From assembly GCA_009773155.1 (NCBI GenBank), contig WOVA01000006.1, forward strand, positions 56,293 through 120,292: a DNA stretch of 64,000 nucleotides. The letters run 5' to 3'. The stretch is from Elusimicrobiota bacterium (lineage in GTDB: Bacteria; Elusimicrobiota; Elusimicrobia; Elusimicrobiales; UBA9959). Made by a program: the position numbers and the translations under genes. Under the pieces are notes generated by a model. It was given only the letters and a program-made list of their open reading frames with translations, did no database searches and was not told the DNA's origin. Shown here piece after piece: positions 10,450 through 19,354 of this stretch (the first letter of the stretch is position 1; every line of letters starts with the position of its first letter).

Positions 10450-11808
10450 ATGATCAGGACCGGAACTTTGATAATAGGCGGCGGGCTGGCCGGACTTTCG
10501 GCGGCCATGACCCTTCGGGGCCGCAAAAAAATATTCCTCGCCGAAAAGGAGACCCGCTTCGGAGGCCTGGCGGCCACCGTGAGAAAAGGCGGCTTCCATT
10601 TCGACTATTCCGGCCATCTTCTTCATCTGCGCTGGCCCGAGACCACGCGCCTGATACTGGGCGCGCTGGGCTCCAATGTCCGCAGGATACGGCGCGACGC
10701 GCGCGTCTTCGCCCACGGCCGCTGGACGCCTTACCCCTTCCAGGCCAATCTCGCCGCCATGCCGCCGCGGGTCAGGTCCGAGTGCGTCTCGGGTTTCCTG
10801 CGCGCGCTGGCCGCCGGCGGAGGAGCGCCCGGCGACGGAACAGGGCGGCTTTGCCCGCAGTCGGTGCCGGGAGCACTGCGACCGGCCGGCAGCGAGACCT
10901 TCGATAAATGGAGCGGCCGCGTCTTCGGCGCCGGCATCTCGCGCTACTTCATGCTGCCCTACAACGCCAAGCTCTGGCAGTACCCGCTGGGCCGGCTCAC
11001 GACGGAATGGTGCGCGCCGTTCGTGCCGGTCCCCTCACCGGGCGACATAATAAAGGGGGCCTACGGCGCCGGCCGCCGCGCCATCGGCTACAACGCGGTT
11101 TTCCATTACCCGAAAAAGGGCGGCATCGGCGCTCTGGCCTCGGCCCTGGCAATGAAAGCCGGCGAGACACATCTGGGGATCGAAGCGGAGCGGGTGGACC
11201 TGCGCGCGCGCACCGCGCGCGTCCGCCACTTCGGGGAAATATCTTTCAAGCGCCTCATAAACACCGCCCCGCTCGACGAGTTCGTCGCGATGTGTTCCGA
11301 CGCCCCCGCGGCCGTGCGCCGCGCGGCGGGCCTGCTCCGCCGGAACACCGTATACGTGCTGAATATAGGCGCCAGGGGCGTTAAGTCGGATATGCACTGG
11401 GGCTATTTCCCGGGGACGGGCTTCCCCTTCTACCGCGCCGGCATCGCCAGCAACTTCTCGCGGGCGCTGGCCCCGTCCGGCGAGGCGTCCTTCTACATCG
11501 AGATAGCCACCGACGGCAGGGCGCTGGACCTGGAGTCGGCGGAGAAAGCCTGCGTCGCGGGCCTGCGGGCCTGCGGACTTATAAAGGACGCGCGGCAGGT
11601 CACGGAAAAGATGTGGCTGAAGATCCCCTGCGCCTACGTCATCTACGACGCGGACAGGGCGCGGGCCCTGCCGGTCATCTCCGGCTGGCTCAAAGAGCGC
11701 GGGGCGCGCTCCATAGGACGCTACGGGGCGTGGAAGTACTCCTTCATGGAGGAGAGCGTAAAGGAAGGCCTGGAGGCCGGCAGGGAGATCCTGGCCGGCC
11801 GGTCGTAG
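10450..11808 (+). CDS. FAD-dependent oxidoreductase (HemY/amine-oxidase/UDP-galactopyranose-mutase-like superfamily) carrying an in-frame repeat insertion
   Basis: GGGLAGL dinucleotide-binding motif, FDYSGHLL, PYNAKLW, GRYGAWKY. Confidence 0.8.
   Translation: MIRTGTLIIGGGLAGLSAAMTLRGRKKIFLAEKETRFGGLAATVRKGGFHFDYSGHLLHLRWPETTRLILGALGSNVRRIRRDARVFAHGRWTPYPFQANLAAMPPRVRSECVSGFLRALAAGGGAPGDGTGRLCPQSVPGALRPAGSETFDKWSGRVFGAGISRYFMLPYNAKLWQYPLGRLTTEWCAPFVPVPSPGDIIKGAYGAGRRAIGYNAVFHYPKKGGIGALASALAMKAGETHLGIEAERVDLRARTARVRHFGEISFKRLINTAPLDEFVAMCSDAPAAVRRAAGLLRRNTVYVLNIGARGVKSDMHWGYFPGTGFPFYRAGIASNFSRALAPSGEASFYIEIATDGRALDLESAEKACVAGLRACGLIKDARQVTEKMWLKIPCAYVIYDADRARALPVISGWLKERGARSIGRYGAWKYSFMEESVKEGLEAGREILAGRS
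10836..10889 (+). repeat. Family-1 two-hairpin repeat, in frame in the FAD oxidoreductase (GTGRLCPQSVPGALRPAG)
   Basis: cggaacagggcggctttgcccgcagtcggtgccgggagcactgcgaccggccgg matches the copies in pheS, dapF and the TPR gene. Confidence 0.9.
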
Positions 11809-11812
11809 AACT

Positions 11813-11903
11813 CGGAACAACGAGCCTCCGGCTCCACAGGTGCCGGGCGCTATGTCGCCCGGCCCCGGCACCGACAGCGGGCAATGCCGCCCTGATCCGG
11901 CCG
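11813..11903. repeat. Two family-1 repeats in opposite orientation between convergent genes (BIME-like; possible terminator)
   Basis: The + copy (11813-11862) shares its first 22 nt exactly with the pheT copy. The partial - copy (11864-11903) is the reverse complement of ggatcagggcggcattgcccgctgtcggtgccggg. Confidence 0.85.
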
Positions 11904-11913
11904 CTAGGGAAGA

Positions 11914-12804
11914 TCAGGAAGGCAGTTTTATCCCGGCTTTGACCATCGCCGCCTTGAGGCCGGGCCGCAGCTTCTGCGTGAACGGCGTCAGCGGCAGCCG
12001 CGGTTCCGGTCCGCAAAGTCCCAGCAGGGACGCGGCGTATTTGACCGGGATAGGGTTCGTTTCGACGAAGAGGTTCTTGACCAGCGGGAACAGCCGGTGA
12101 TGCATCTCCGCCGCCTCGCCGGAGCGGCCCTCGCGGAAAAGCGCGCACATGCGCGCGACCGGAGCCGGCGCCACGTTGGCGGTCACCGAGATCACGCCTT
12201 TAGCTCCCACCGACATCATCGGCAGCGTCAGCGAATCGTCGCCGCTCATCACGGCGAAACCTTCCGGAGCGCCGCCGGCTATCTCGCTGACCTGGTCCAG
12301 GTTACCGGAAGCCTCTTTTATCCCGACTATGTTCGAATATTCCCTGGCCAGGGCCAGCGCCGTGGCCGGCAGCATATTGACGCCGGTGCGGCCGGGGATA
12401 TTGTAGAGCACTACCGGCAGGCGCGTCGCGGCGGCCAGCGCGCCGAAATGAGCTTTCATCCCGGCCTGCGTAGGCTTATTGTAATAGGGCACTATCGCCA
12501 GGAGCCCGTCCACGCCGAGGGCGGATACTTTTTTCACCATCTCCACCGACTTCGCGGTGGAGTTGGTGCCGACTCCGGGCATGACCGGAAGTTTGCCTTT
12601 CGCCTCGTCCACGACGGTCTTTATGACCTCCAGGTATTCCCCGGCCTCGAGCGTGGCGGCCTCGCCCGTGGAGCCGCAGGGCACCAGGCCGTCGGCGCCG
12701 TTCTTGATCTGGAAACGGACTATCCGCCTGAGCGCTTCCAGGTCGGGCTTATCCCCCTTGAACGGGGTGATTATGGCGGTAAAGCAGCCTTCGAGTTTGA
12801 GCAT
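11914..12804 (-). CDS. dapA: 4-hydroxy-tetrahydrodipicolinate synthase
   Basis: GSTGE, VPYYNKPTQ, LYNIPGRTG, GIKEASG, ETNPIPVK. Confidence 0.97.
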   Translation of the reverse strand: MLKLEGCFTAIITPFKGDKPDLEALRRIVRFQIKNGADGLVPCGSTGEAATLEAGEYLEVIKTVVDEAKGKLPVMPGVGTNSTAKSVEMVKKVSALGVDGLLAIVPYYNKPTQAGMKAHFGALAAATRLPVVLYNIPGRTGVNMLPATALALAREYSNIVGIKEASGNLDQVSEIAGGAPEGFAVMSGDDSLTLPMMSVGAKGVISVTANVAPAPVARMCALFREGRSGEAAEMHHRLFPLVKNLFVETNPIPVKYAASLLGLCGPEPRLPLTPFTQKLRPGLKAAMVKAGIKLPS

Positions 12805-12826
12805 AGCTCCTCCTGTTAACCGGGCC

Positions 12827-13669
12827 TTAACCGATCTCGCCTTCGAACACCAGTCGCGCCGGACCTTCTATACTGATATCCCCCGCGCCCCGTCCCGGCC
12901 GGTCGCAGTGCGCCCGGCACCGACTGCGGCGAATGCCGCCCTGATCCGACGGCGTCAGCCGGACGGTAAAATCATCCCCCCCGCGCGAGCGCAGCCGCAC
13001 CGGGGACGCGGCCGCGCCGGACAGCGCCAGCGCGACGGCCGCGGCGGTCAGGCCGGTCCCGCAGGCCGGCGTCTCGTCCTCTACGCCCCTCTCGTAGGTG
13101 CGCACCAGGACCCGCCCGTTTCTATTCTCGACGAAATCCACGTTGGCCCCGGCGCGGCCGAAGGCGCGGTGACGGCGCAGCGCGCTCCCGAGCCCGCGCA
13201 CGTCCAGCCGCCCGAGATCCTTCACCGGGACCACGGCGTGCGGCACGCCGGTATCCAGGAAGTGAACCTCTTTCACGCCGGCCGGCCAGCGGCCGGGATG
13301 GCGCAGGCTGACTTTTCTGACAGCGGGCATGCTCATGCGCGCCCTTTCTTTACCGGTTATCTCCACCGGCAGCTCCCCCCGGATGGTCGCGAGCCTGAAA
13401 CGTCGGGGAACGAGGCCGTTCATGAAAGCCCACATCGCGGCGCAGCGCGAGCCGTTGCCGCAGAAGGCCTCGGAACCGTCGGAATTGAAATAGCGCAGGG
13501 ACATGAGGCCGGGACCCGCGCGGCGGACATGCAGCAGGCCGTCTGCGCCGACGGAGAGGCGCCTGTCGCAGAGCCGGCGGGCCAGCGCGCGCAGCGCCGC
13601 CGCGCGGCGCGGCGACCCGGTTATCAGGACGAAATCATTGCCGGCTCCGGACATTTTCCAGAATTTCAT
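12827..13669 (-). CDS. dapF: Diaminopimelate epimerase with an in-frame repeat insertion near the C-terminus
   Basis: KMSGAGNDF, FCGNGSRC, DTGVPH, NVDF, ERGVEDETPACGTG, EGPARLVFEG. Confidence 0.95.
   Translation of the reverse strand: MKFWKMSGAGNDFVLITGSPRRAAALRALARRLCDRRLSVGADGLLHVRRAGPGLMSLRYFNSDGSEAFCGNGSRCAAMWAFMNGLVPRRFRLATIRGELPVEITGKERARMSMPAVRKVSLRHPGRWPAGVKEVHFLDTGVPHAVVPVKDLGRLDVRGLGSALRRHRAFGRAGANVDFVENRNGRVLVRTYERGVEDETPACGTGLTAAAVALALSGAAASPVRLRSRGGDDFTVRLTPSDQGGIRRSRCRAHCDRPGRGAGDISIEGPARLVFEGEIG
12895..12948 (-). repeat. Family-1 repeat in frame in dapF (SDQGGIRRSRCRAHCDRP)
   Basis: Reverse complement reads cggatcagggcggcattcgccgcagtcggtgccgggcgcactgcgaccggccgg. Confidence 0.9.
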
Positions 13670-14670
13670 TTCTTCTCTCCCGCCGCCCGGGCGAGGCCGG
13701 CCAGGAAGGAGCTGTCCCCTGCCGAGACGGTCTCCAGTTCCGCGGCGGCTTCGGCCGCGCGGCCAAGTCCCCTGAGCGCCAGGCCCCGGACCAGCGCCAA
13801 GGACTGATCTTCCGCCGGCAGCAGCGGGGCGGCGGCGTCCAGCGCGGCCAGCGCGCCGGCGCGGTCGCCGGCCATAAGCAGGTACATCCCCTTCTCGAAA
13901 AGAAGACCGCCGTCGCGGCAGACGGGGCCGCAGGCCTCCTCCGCCAGGCCGGCGGCGCGGGAGTAAGCGCCGGTGCGCGCGCTTACCCGGGCCATGAGCC
14001 TGGTCAGTGCCGTATCGGACGGCGCCGCGGCGCGGGCCTCGTTAAGAAGAGCCAGCGCCCCCGTGAAATCGCGCATGGACTCCAGGCAGCGGGCGTACTC
14101 GGCCATGAAAGCGGGATCCCCGCCGCCCGAGGCGCGCGCGGCGGCGTAGCCGGCCGCCGCAGACGCCAGCGCCCCCATGCCGGCGTAACTCCGGGCCAGT
14201 CCCAGGTTAAGCTGGTAGGAGGACGGATCAGGGCGGCTTTCGCCGCAATCGGTGCACGGAGCTCTGCGACGGGCCGGGTCCTTCCCGACCAGCGGGCGGT
14301 ATATCTCGGCGGCCTTGTCGTAAAAACCATTGGCCAGGTAAAGTTCGGCGAGCGCTTTCGGAAAAAGCGTGTTCTCCTGGTAAAGCGCGGCCGCCAGCCT
14401 GTAAGTGTTTATGGCCCTGTCGGGAGAGCCCAGCGCCTCATGGCATTTGCCCAGGCAGTAATAGGCCCTCTCCTTGATCTCTCGGGAGGGCCCCAGGGCG
14501 AGCAGGGAGTTTATCGAGTCCACCGCTCCGGCGCAGTCGCCGTCGTCAAGACGCGAGATAGCCGCCGCCATCAGCCTCTCGTGGGCGGGATCGGGCTTCT
14601 TCTCCCAGAGGAAGGCGGCCGACGGGGAAACCGCCAGAAGCAGCAGGAGGGCGGCGGGGCAGAGCCTCAT
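13666..14670 (-). CDS. Exported tetratricopeptide-repeat protein with an in-frame repeat insertion
   Basis: Signal peptide MRLCPAALLLLLAVSPSAA (start re-called to 14670); TPR motifs AYYCLGKCHEALG, LAELYLANG. Confidence 0.75.
   Translation of the reverse strand: MRLCPAALLLLLAVSPSAAFLWEKKPDPAHERLMAAAISRLDDGDCAGAVDSINSLLALGPSREIKERAYYCLGKCHEALGSPDRAINTYRLAAALYQENTLFPKALAELYLANGFYDKAAEIYRPLVGKDPARRRAPCTDCGESRPDPSSYQLNLGLARSYAGMGALASAAAGYAAARASGGGDPAFMAEYARCLESMRDFTGALALLNEARAAAPSDTALTRLMARVSARTGAYSRAAGLAEEACGPVCRDGGLLFEKGMYLLMAGDRAGALAALDAAAPLLPAEDQSLALVRGLALRGLGRAAEAAAELETVSAGDSSFLAGLARAAGEKK
14224..14277 (+). repeat. Family-1 repeat, antisense and in frame in the TPR gene (PARRRAPCTDCGESRPDP)
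   Basis: cggatcagggcggctttcgccgcaatcggtgcacggagctctgcgacgggccgg. Confidence 0.9.
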
Positions 14671-15620
14671 ATCCCCTCCAGCAGCGCGCCGGCCGAGCGC
14701 AGCATATAAGCGCTCCTGGCCCGGTCCATAGATTCCCAGGCGGCGGCCCGCCCCAGTTCTCCGGCCTCCGCGCAGCGTTCGAAGTCGGCGACCTTGATAC
14801 CTCCGGCGCGGGGTTTTATCACGAAATCGGCCTCTTTCTCCTGGCTCGCCGCCAGTATCGAGCCCCTTATATCTATGACCTGCAGCAGCGACAGCAGGAC
14901 ATTGGACGGCATTTCGTCGACGCTGTTCTCGGTCACGCTGGCCAGCACCCACTCCGCGCCTATCGCGCGCGCCGCGCCTATCGGGATGAAGTCCACCACG
15001 CCGCCGTCGACGAGATAGCGGTGCCGGTACTCCACGGGGGCGAAGATGCCGGGCAGGTTCACGCTGGCGCGCACCGCGATGGACAGGGGACCTTCGTCGA
15101 AAACTATTCTCTCCCCGGTGCGAAAATCCATGGCCACGCAGGCGAAAGGGGTCTTCAGACCGGAGAACTCCCTGCCGCCGAGATTATCCTCTATCACCTG
15201 GGTTATGTACCTGGGGGAGATGAGCTGCTCGGCGAGCATAAGTTTGAGCAGGCCGAACCCGCCGAAGTCCCTGGCGAGCTTTAGTTCCGAAGTGCGCCGG
15301 CCGAAATCCCAGATCCCTTCGATCGTCATGCCGGAGGCGTAGAAGCCCCCGATCACCGAGCCCATCGAAGTGCCGGAGACGCGGTCCACCGGGAAGCCGG
15401 CGTAGAGCAGAGCCTCGAGGACGCCGGTATGGGCGAAGCCGCGGGCTCCCCCGCCTGAAAGCGCTACGCCGACGACCGGCCTCTCCCCGGCCGGCATGGC
15501 GACCAATTTTTCCCAGAGAATATCGCGGACGAAGGCCTCGCGCCCGGCTGTGGAAGCAGCTGCGGCTAAAGCGGGAAGGAACAGCAGCGGGAGTACCGCC
15601 GCGCGATGGAGGAGCCTCAC
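14667..15620 (-). CDS. Patatin-like phospholipase with signal peptide
   Basis: GGGARG, GTSMG (nucleophile), DGG motif. Confidence 0.9.
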   Translation of the reverse strand: MRLLHRAAVLPLLFLPALAAAASTAGREAFVRDILWEKLVAMPAGERPVVGVALSGGGARGFAHTGVLEALLYAGFPVDRVSGTSMGSVIGGFYASGMTIEGIWDFGRRTSELKLARDFGGFGLLKLMLAEQLISPRYITQVIEDNLGGREFSGLKTPFACVAMDFRTGERIVFDEGPLSIAVRASVNLPGIFAPVEYRHRYLVDGGVVDFIPIGAARAIGAEWVLASVTENSVDEMPSNVLLSLLQVIDIRGSILAASQEKEADFVIKPRAGGIKVADFERCAEAGELGRAAAWESMDRARSAYMLRSAGALLEGI

Positions 15621-16882
15621 TCCGGCAGTCCTTTCCCCTGGGCCCAGGCCAGGCGTATGGCGGCCAGCTTCTGCAGGTAAAGGCTTTCGAACAGGGCCAG
15701 CTCCTTCTCATAGAGCGTCCGCAGGGCGGCGGCGGCGCGGCCTGTCTCGGCCGGGCTTGCACGCCGGGCGCGTTCATAATCCGCGGCCGCCTCTTCCAGC
15801 GCGGCGCGGGCGGCCCCCGCCTCCCTGAGACGGAAAGCGGCCTCGTTCCAGGCGGAGCGCAACTCCCCCCTCAGGCTTTCTTCCAGCTCTACCCGTTTGA
15901 GAGAGCCCTGGCGCTGCTGCGCCCGGCGCTGTATTATCTGGGTCCACCAGTCGTAGGAGAGCGGAAAATGTATGGCCACGGAGGCGGCCCAGCTGCCGGT
16001 GCGCTCCATATTGGAGAAGGAATCGGCGTCGTAGGCCACCATATCGTAGACGGCGCCGATATAGACGTTCGGGTAGCGCCGCAGCGCGGCCATGTTGAGC
16101 GCGATCTCGTCCATCTGCGCGCGATAGATCTCGCCGCGCAGCTCCGGGCGCCTCTCCGTCGCGGTGATGAGGGCCTTCTGCAGCGTGCCGGACGGCGGCT
16201 CCGCCGCGAGTTCGCCGGCCAGCTCCAGACCGCCGTTCTCGTTCCTGATGAGCGCCGACATGGCGGCCAGGCTGGCGGCATAAACGTGCCCGGCCCTGTC
16301 CTTCTCCCGGGCGAACCAGGCCGAGACCGCGCCGGCCTCCAGCGCGTCCCAGCCGCCCGCGCGGCCGCCCAGCGCCGAGGCCCTGAGATGGTAAGAGGAG
16401 GCGGCGGCCAGCAGCTCACGCCTGTAAAGGGTCTCGCAGAAAGCCTCCCTGGCCTTCCTGGCCGCGGCCAGGCGCTCGGTCTCCAGCAGCAGGCGGGACT
16501 GGCTCCAGGCGTTGCGGGCCATGCGCGCCGCGTTGCGGTTGCGGCCGCCGGTATAGACCGGCTGCACCACGTGGGCGCGCAAGGCGTAGGTATTGTCGCC
16601 GTAGGCCCCGTCGAGAAAACGCCCGCCCAGCTCCGGCGGCGTCACCATGGGGTACTCCAGGCTCAGCCGCGAAAGCGAACCGGAGAAGGAGACCTGGGGG
16701 AGCAGCAGGGACCTGGCCTCCCGGAGGCGCTGGCGGGAGATGACGATGTCCTGCTCGGCGGAGAGCAGGGAGGTGTCGTTCTTTACGGCGAGCTCTACGA
16801 AGCGCTCAACGCCTAAGGGCGCGGCCGCGGCGGAAGCCGCCGCGCAGAGGGTGAGTATCGGGAGGAATACTATGAGGCGCAT
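15617..16882 (-). CDS. TolC-family outer membrane efflux protein
   Basis: Signal peptide, LLPQVSFSG, QPVYTGG, YPNVYIGA, ERRPEL; two-repeat architecture. Confidence 0.75.
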   Translation of the reverse strand: MRLIVFLPILTLCAAASAAAAPLGVERFVELAVKNDTSLLSAEQDIVISRQRLREARSLLLPQVSFSGSLSRLSLEYPMVTPPELGGRFLDGAYGDNTYALRAHVVQPVYTGGRNRNAARMARNAWSQSRLLLETERLAAARKAREAFCETLYRRELLAAASSYHLRASALGGRAGGWDALEAGAVSAWFAREKDRAGHVYAASLAAMSALIRNENGGLELAGELAAEPPSGTLQKALITATERRPELRGEIYRAQMDEIALNMAALRRYPNVYIGAVYDMVAYDADSFSNMERTGSWAASVAIHFPLSYDWWTQIIQRRAQQRQGSLKRVELEESLRGELRSAWNEAAFRLREAGAARAALEEAAADYERARRASPAETGRAAAALRTLYEKELALFESLYLQKLAAIRLAWAQGKGLPE

Positions 16883-16885
16883 CGG

Positions 16886-17467
16886 TCATGTCTTGAGACC
16901 GTTCAAGACCCCCCCGAGTTCCGCGGCGGCGGCTTCCAGCTCCGCCTTCAGCGGGCCGGCTTCCGGCTTCGCGGCGGCGGCCTCCAGCCGCGCCTTCACG
17001 CCGGCGACGGAGTCCTTGCTTTCCTTTACCGACTGCTGCAGCGCGGCGGCCATATTGTTGAACTGCTCCTGCATGTCCTCCAGGTGGTCGCCCTTGCGCA
17101 GCCAGACCCGGTAGGTCAGGTCGCCCTCGGCCAGCGTGGCGCAGCTCTTCTCGAACTTGAAGATAGGGCCGGCCATGCGGTGGGAGACCACGGCGGACAT
17201 GATCAGCACGATGACCATGTACATGACCATCTTGATCAGGAACAGCGGCCCCATCGAGGCCATCTCCTCCAGCATCGGCTGCATCATCGGCCGCTCGTTG
17301 ACGAACTTGGAGAGGGTCCAGATGAGGTCCAGGCCGACTATCAGGAAAGCCACCAGCACGCTCATGGTGATGAGCGCCATGTACCGGTACTGCAGGCCCT
17401 TCTTTATCAGTATCGTCTTGCGCTGAAAGGCCGGCTTGCCCGCCGGCGCCTGTGCTTTATCCGCCAT
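16886..17467 (-). CDS. Membrane protein with two TM helices and a HAMP domain, no output domain
   Basis: SHRMAGPIFKF...LAEGDLTYRVWLRKGD HAMP-like motif followed by a short coiled coil. Confidence 0.65.
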   Translation of the reverse strand: MADKAQAPAGKPAFQRKTILIKKGLQYRYMALITMSVLVAFLIVGLDLIWTLSKFVNERPMMQPMLEEMASMGPLFLIKMVMYMVIVLIMSAVVSHRMAGPIFKFEKSCATLAEGDLTYRVWLRKGDHLEDMQEQFNNMAAALQQSVKESKDSVAGVKARLEAAAAKPEAGPLKAELEAAAAELGGVLNGLKT

Positions 17468-17477
17468 ATTCTCCCCC

Positions 17478-18512
17478 TTAAAAAAGAACTTCCATCAGCC
17501 CGTCCCAGTCCCTGGAGACGGTCTTAAGCTGCCCCGTGGCCTTCTCGAGCGGCACTCCCACTATCTGGTTGCCTACGAGCGCCGACATCTGACCGAACTG
17601 GCCGTCGCGCACCAGTTCCGCGGCCTTCACTCCCACCCGCACGCCCAGCATGCGGTCGAACAGGGTGGGCGCGCCGCCGCGCTGCATATGTCCGATCACG
17701 GCCGAGCGGGTCTCGAACCCGGTGTTCTTCTCGATGAACGCGGCGATGCGCTCGCCCATGCCGCGGTCCTTGAGAATCACGTGGCCGAACTGGTCGAGCT
17801 CGTGCTTCTGCTCGCCCTCGCCGACGGCCGGCAGCTCCGAGGCTTCGCTGGTGACGATCAGCGCGAACTTCTTCTTCGCGTAGACCTCTTTTATCTTTTT
17901 GAGCATCGCCTCCGTGTCTATTGTCTTCTCCGGGATGCAGACGAAGTCGGCGGCCGAGGCTATGGCGGTGAACAGCGCCACCCAGCCGGCGTGGCGGCCC
18001 ATCACCTCCAGCACCATGACGCGGCGGTGGCTGCGGCCGGTATCCGTCAGGGCCTCGGCGGCCTCCATGGCCTTGGTGACCGCGGTGTCGAAACCGAAGG
18101 TGTAGTCGGTGGCGTCGAGGTCGTTGTCCATCGTCTTGGGCACGCCGACCACGTTGAGCTTGTGCTCTTTATAGAATTTAGTGGCCACGCCCAGCGTGTC
18201 CTCGCCGCCCATGGCGACCAGCGCGTGCAGGTCGAGTTTTTTGAACGTCTCCAGGCACTTCTTCACGTTCTCTTCCTGCTTGAACGGGTTGGTGCGGGAA
18301 GTGCCGAGCATCGTGCCGCCTTGCATGATGACGTACTCGGTGAGCTCGCGGCTCAGAGGCGTGGTCAGCCCGTCGATGAGGCCCTTCCAGCCGTCGGTCA
18401 GGCCGACGCACTCATAGCCGAACTTTTCGGCCGCCCAGACGCAGCCCTTTATCGCGGGATTGAGGCCGGGGCAGTCCCCCCCGCCGGTCAGGATAGCGAT
18501 CTTTTTAGCCAT
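17478..18512 (-). CDS. pfkA: 6-phosphofructokinase, group III (mixed ATP/PPi subfamily)
   Basis: GGGDCPGLN, GGTMLGTSRTNP, GGEDT, PKTMDND, EVMGRHAG, GHMQRGG. Confidence 0.93.
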   Translation of the reverse strand: MAKKIAILTGGGDCPGLNPAIKGCVWAAEKFGYECVGLTDGWKGLIDGLTTPLSRELTEYVIMQGGTMLGTSRTNPFKQEENVKKCLETFKKLDLHALVAMGGEDTLGVATKFYKEHKLNVVGVPKTMDNDLDATDYTFGFDTAVTKAMEAAEALTDTGRSHRRVMVLEVMGRHAGWVALFTAIASAADFVCIPEKTIDTEAMLKKIKEVYAKKKFALIVTSEASELPAVGEGEQKHELDQFGHVILKDRGMGERIAAFIEKNTGFETRSAVIGHMQRGGAPTLFDRMLGVRVGVKAAELVRDGQFGQMSALVGNQIVGVPLEKATGQLKTVSRDWDGLMEVLF

Positions 18513-18539
18513 GATGTATGTCTCCTTGCCTTGAGATGT

Positions 18540-19307
18540 TCAGAAACTGGTGGTGTAGCGCATCTGCACTATGCGCTCGGGGTTCCGCTCGGAACCGTCG
18601 GAGAAGTCCTCGCTGGCGCCGATGTCGCGCATCGCCACGTCCAGATGAAAATACGGGGTGATGAAGAACCGGGTGCCGAGGTTTATCCGTTCGGGGACGT
18701 CCGAATGAAAAACATTGTCGTACTCCGCCATGAAGGAGACCTTGTCTCCCAGCGTGTAGTTGGCGGCCAGGAAGCCGAAGATGTAGCCGTCGTCGAAATC
18801 CGGGATGTTCAGGCCGCCGTGGAACATCAGCCCCGCCAGCAGGAATTCCTTGGAGCCCACCACGTACAGGCCGCGGCCTTTCTGCATATACTTCTTGAGC
18901 ACCTTGCGATAGAAGTAACCCTGCCCGTCGAAGCCCAGCGCCAGCGCGGGGATATAGTAATCGCCGTCGTGGAAGCGGTAGCGCACCTGTATCTCCGGGC
19001 GCACCATCCTCACCGGCGAATCGGAGCCTACCAGCTTGTCCACGGCCATCGAGGCTCCCAGGTTGAGGCGCTCCAGCACGCCGAAGTTCAGCGAGCCCAG
19101 CACGCCGCCGCCGCTGTAGAAGCGGGTCTTCATGAGGAAGCCGTAGTAGTCCAGTATGCCCGCCGTCGGGACGTCTATCAGGCCGGTCTCGGGCAGTATT
19201 ACGCCCGTCTGCTTCTCCTCCCGGTCCGCGCCTTTCTGCGCGGCCAGCGGGGCCGACGAGAGAACGGCGAGTAAAATTGCGAACAGCGCTGTCAGGGTCT
19301 TTTTCAT
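18540..19307 (-). CDS. Outer-membrane beta-barrel protein, YjbH-like
   Basis: Signal peptide from ATG 19307, IDVPTAGIL motif, alternating beta strands, C-terminal aromatic residue (TSF). Confidence 0.55.
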   Translation of the reverse strand: MKKTLTALFAILLAVLSSAPLAAQKGADREEKQTGVILPETGLIDVPTAGILDYYGFLMKTRFYSGGGVLGSLNFGVLERLNLGASMAVDKLVGSDSPVRMVRPEIQVRYRFHDGDYYIPALALGFDGQGYFYRKVLKKYMQKGRGLYVVGSKEFLLAGLMFHGGLNIPDFDDGYIFGFLAANYTLGDKVSFMAEYDNVFHSDVPERINLGTRFFITPYFHLDVAMRDIGASEDFSDGSERNPERIVQMRYTTSF

Positions 19308-19354
19308 ATTTCGTCTCCGGTACTTCGCATTTTTCAACTGTATTCTAGAAAATT

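Noticed and set aside
13666-14952. Longer ORF-track starts for the TPR gene, and likewise for 6804, 23847, 28121, 49893, 54218, 56110 and 56809
   Set aside because: They overlap upstream genes or precede the homologous N-terminus. The re-called starts have stop/start overlaps, SD sites or signal peptides.
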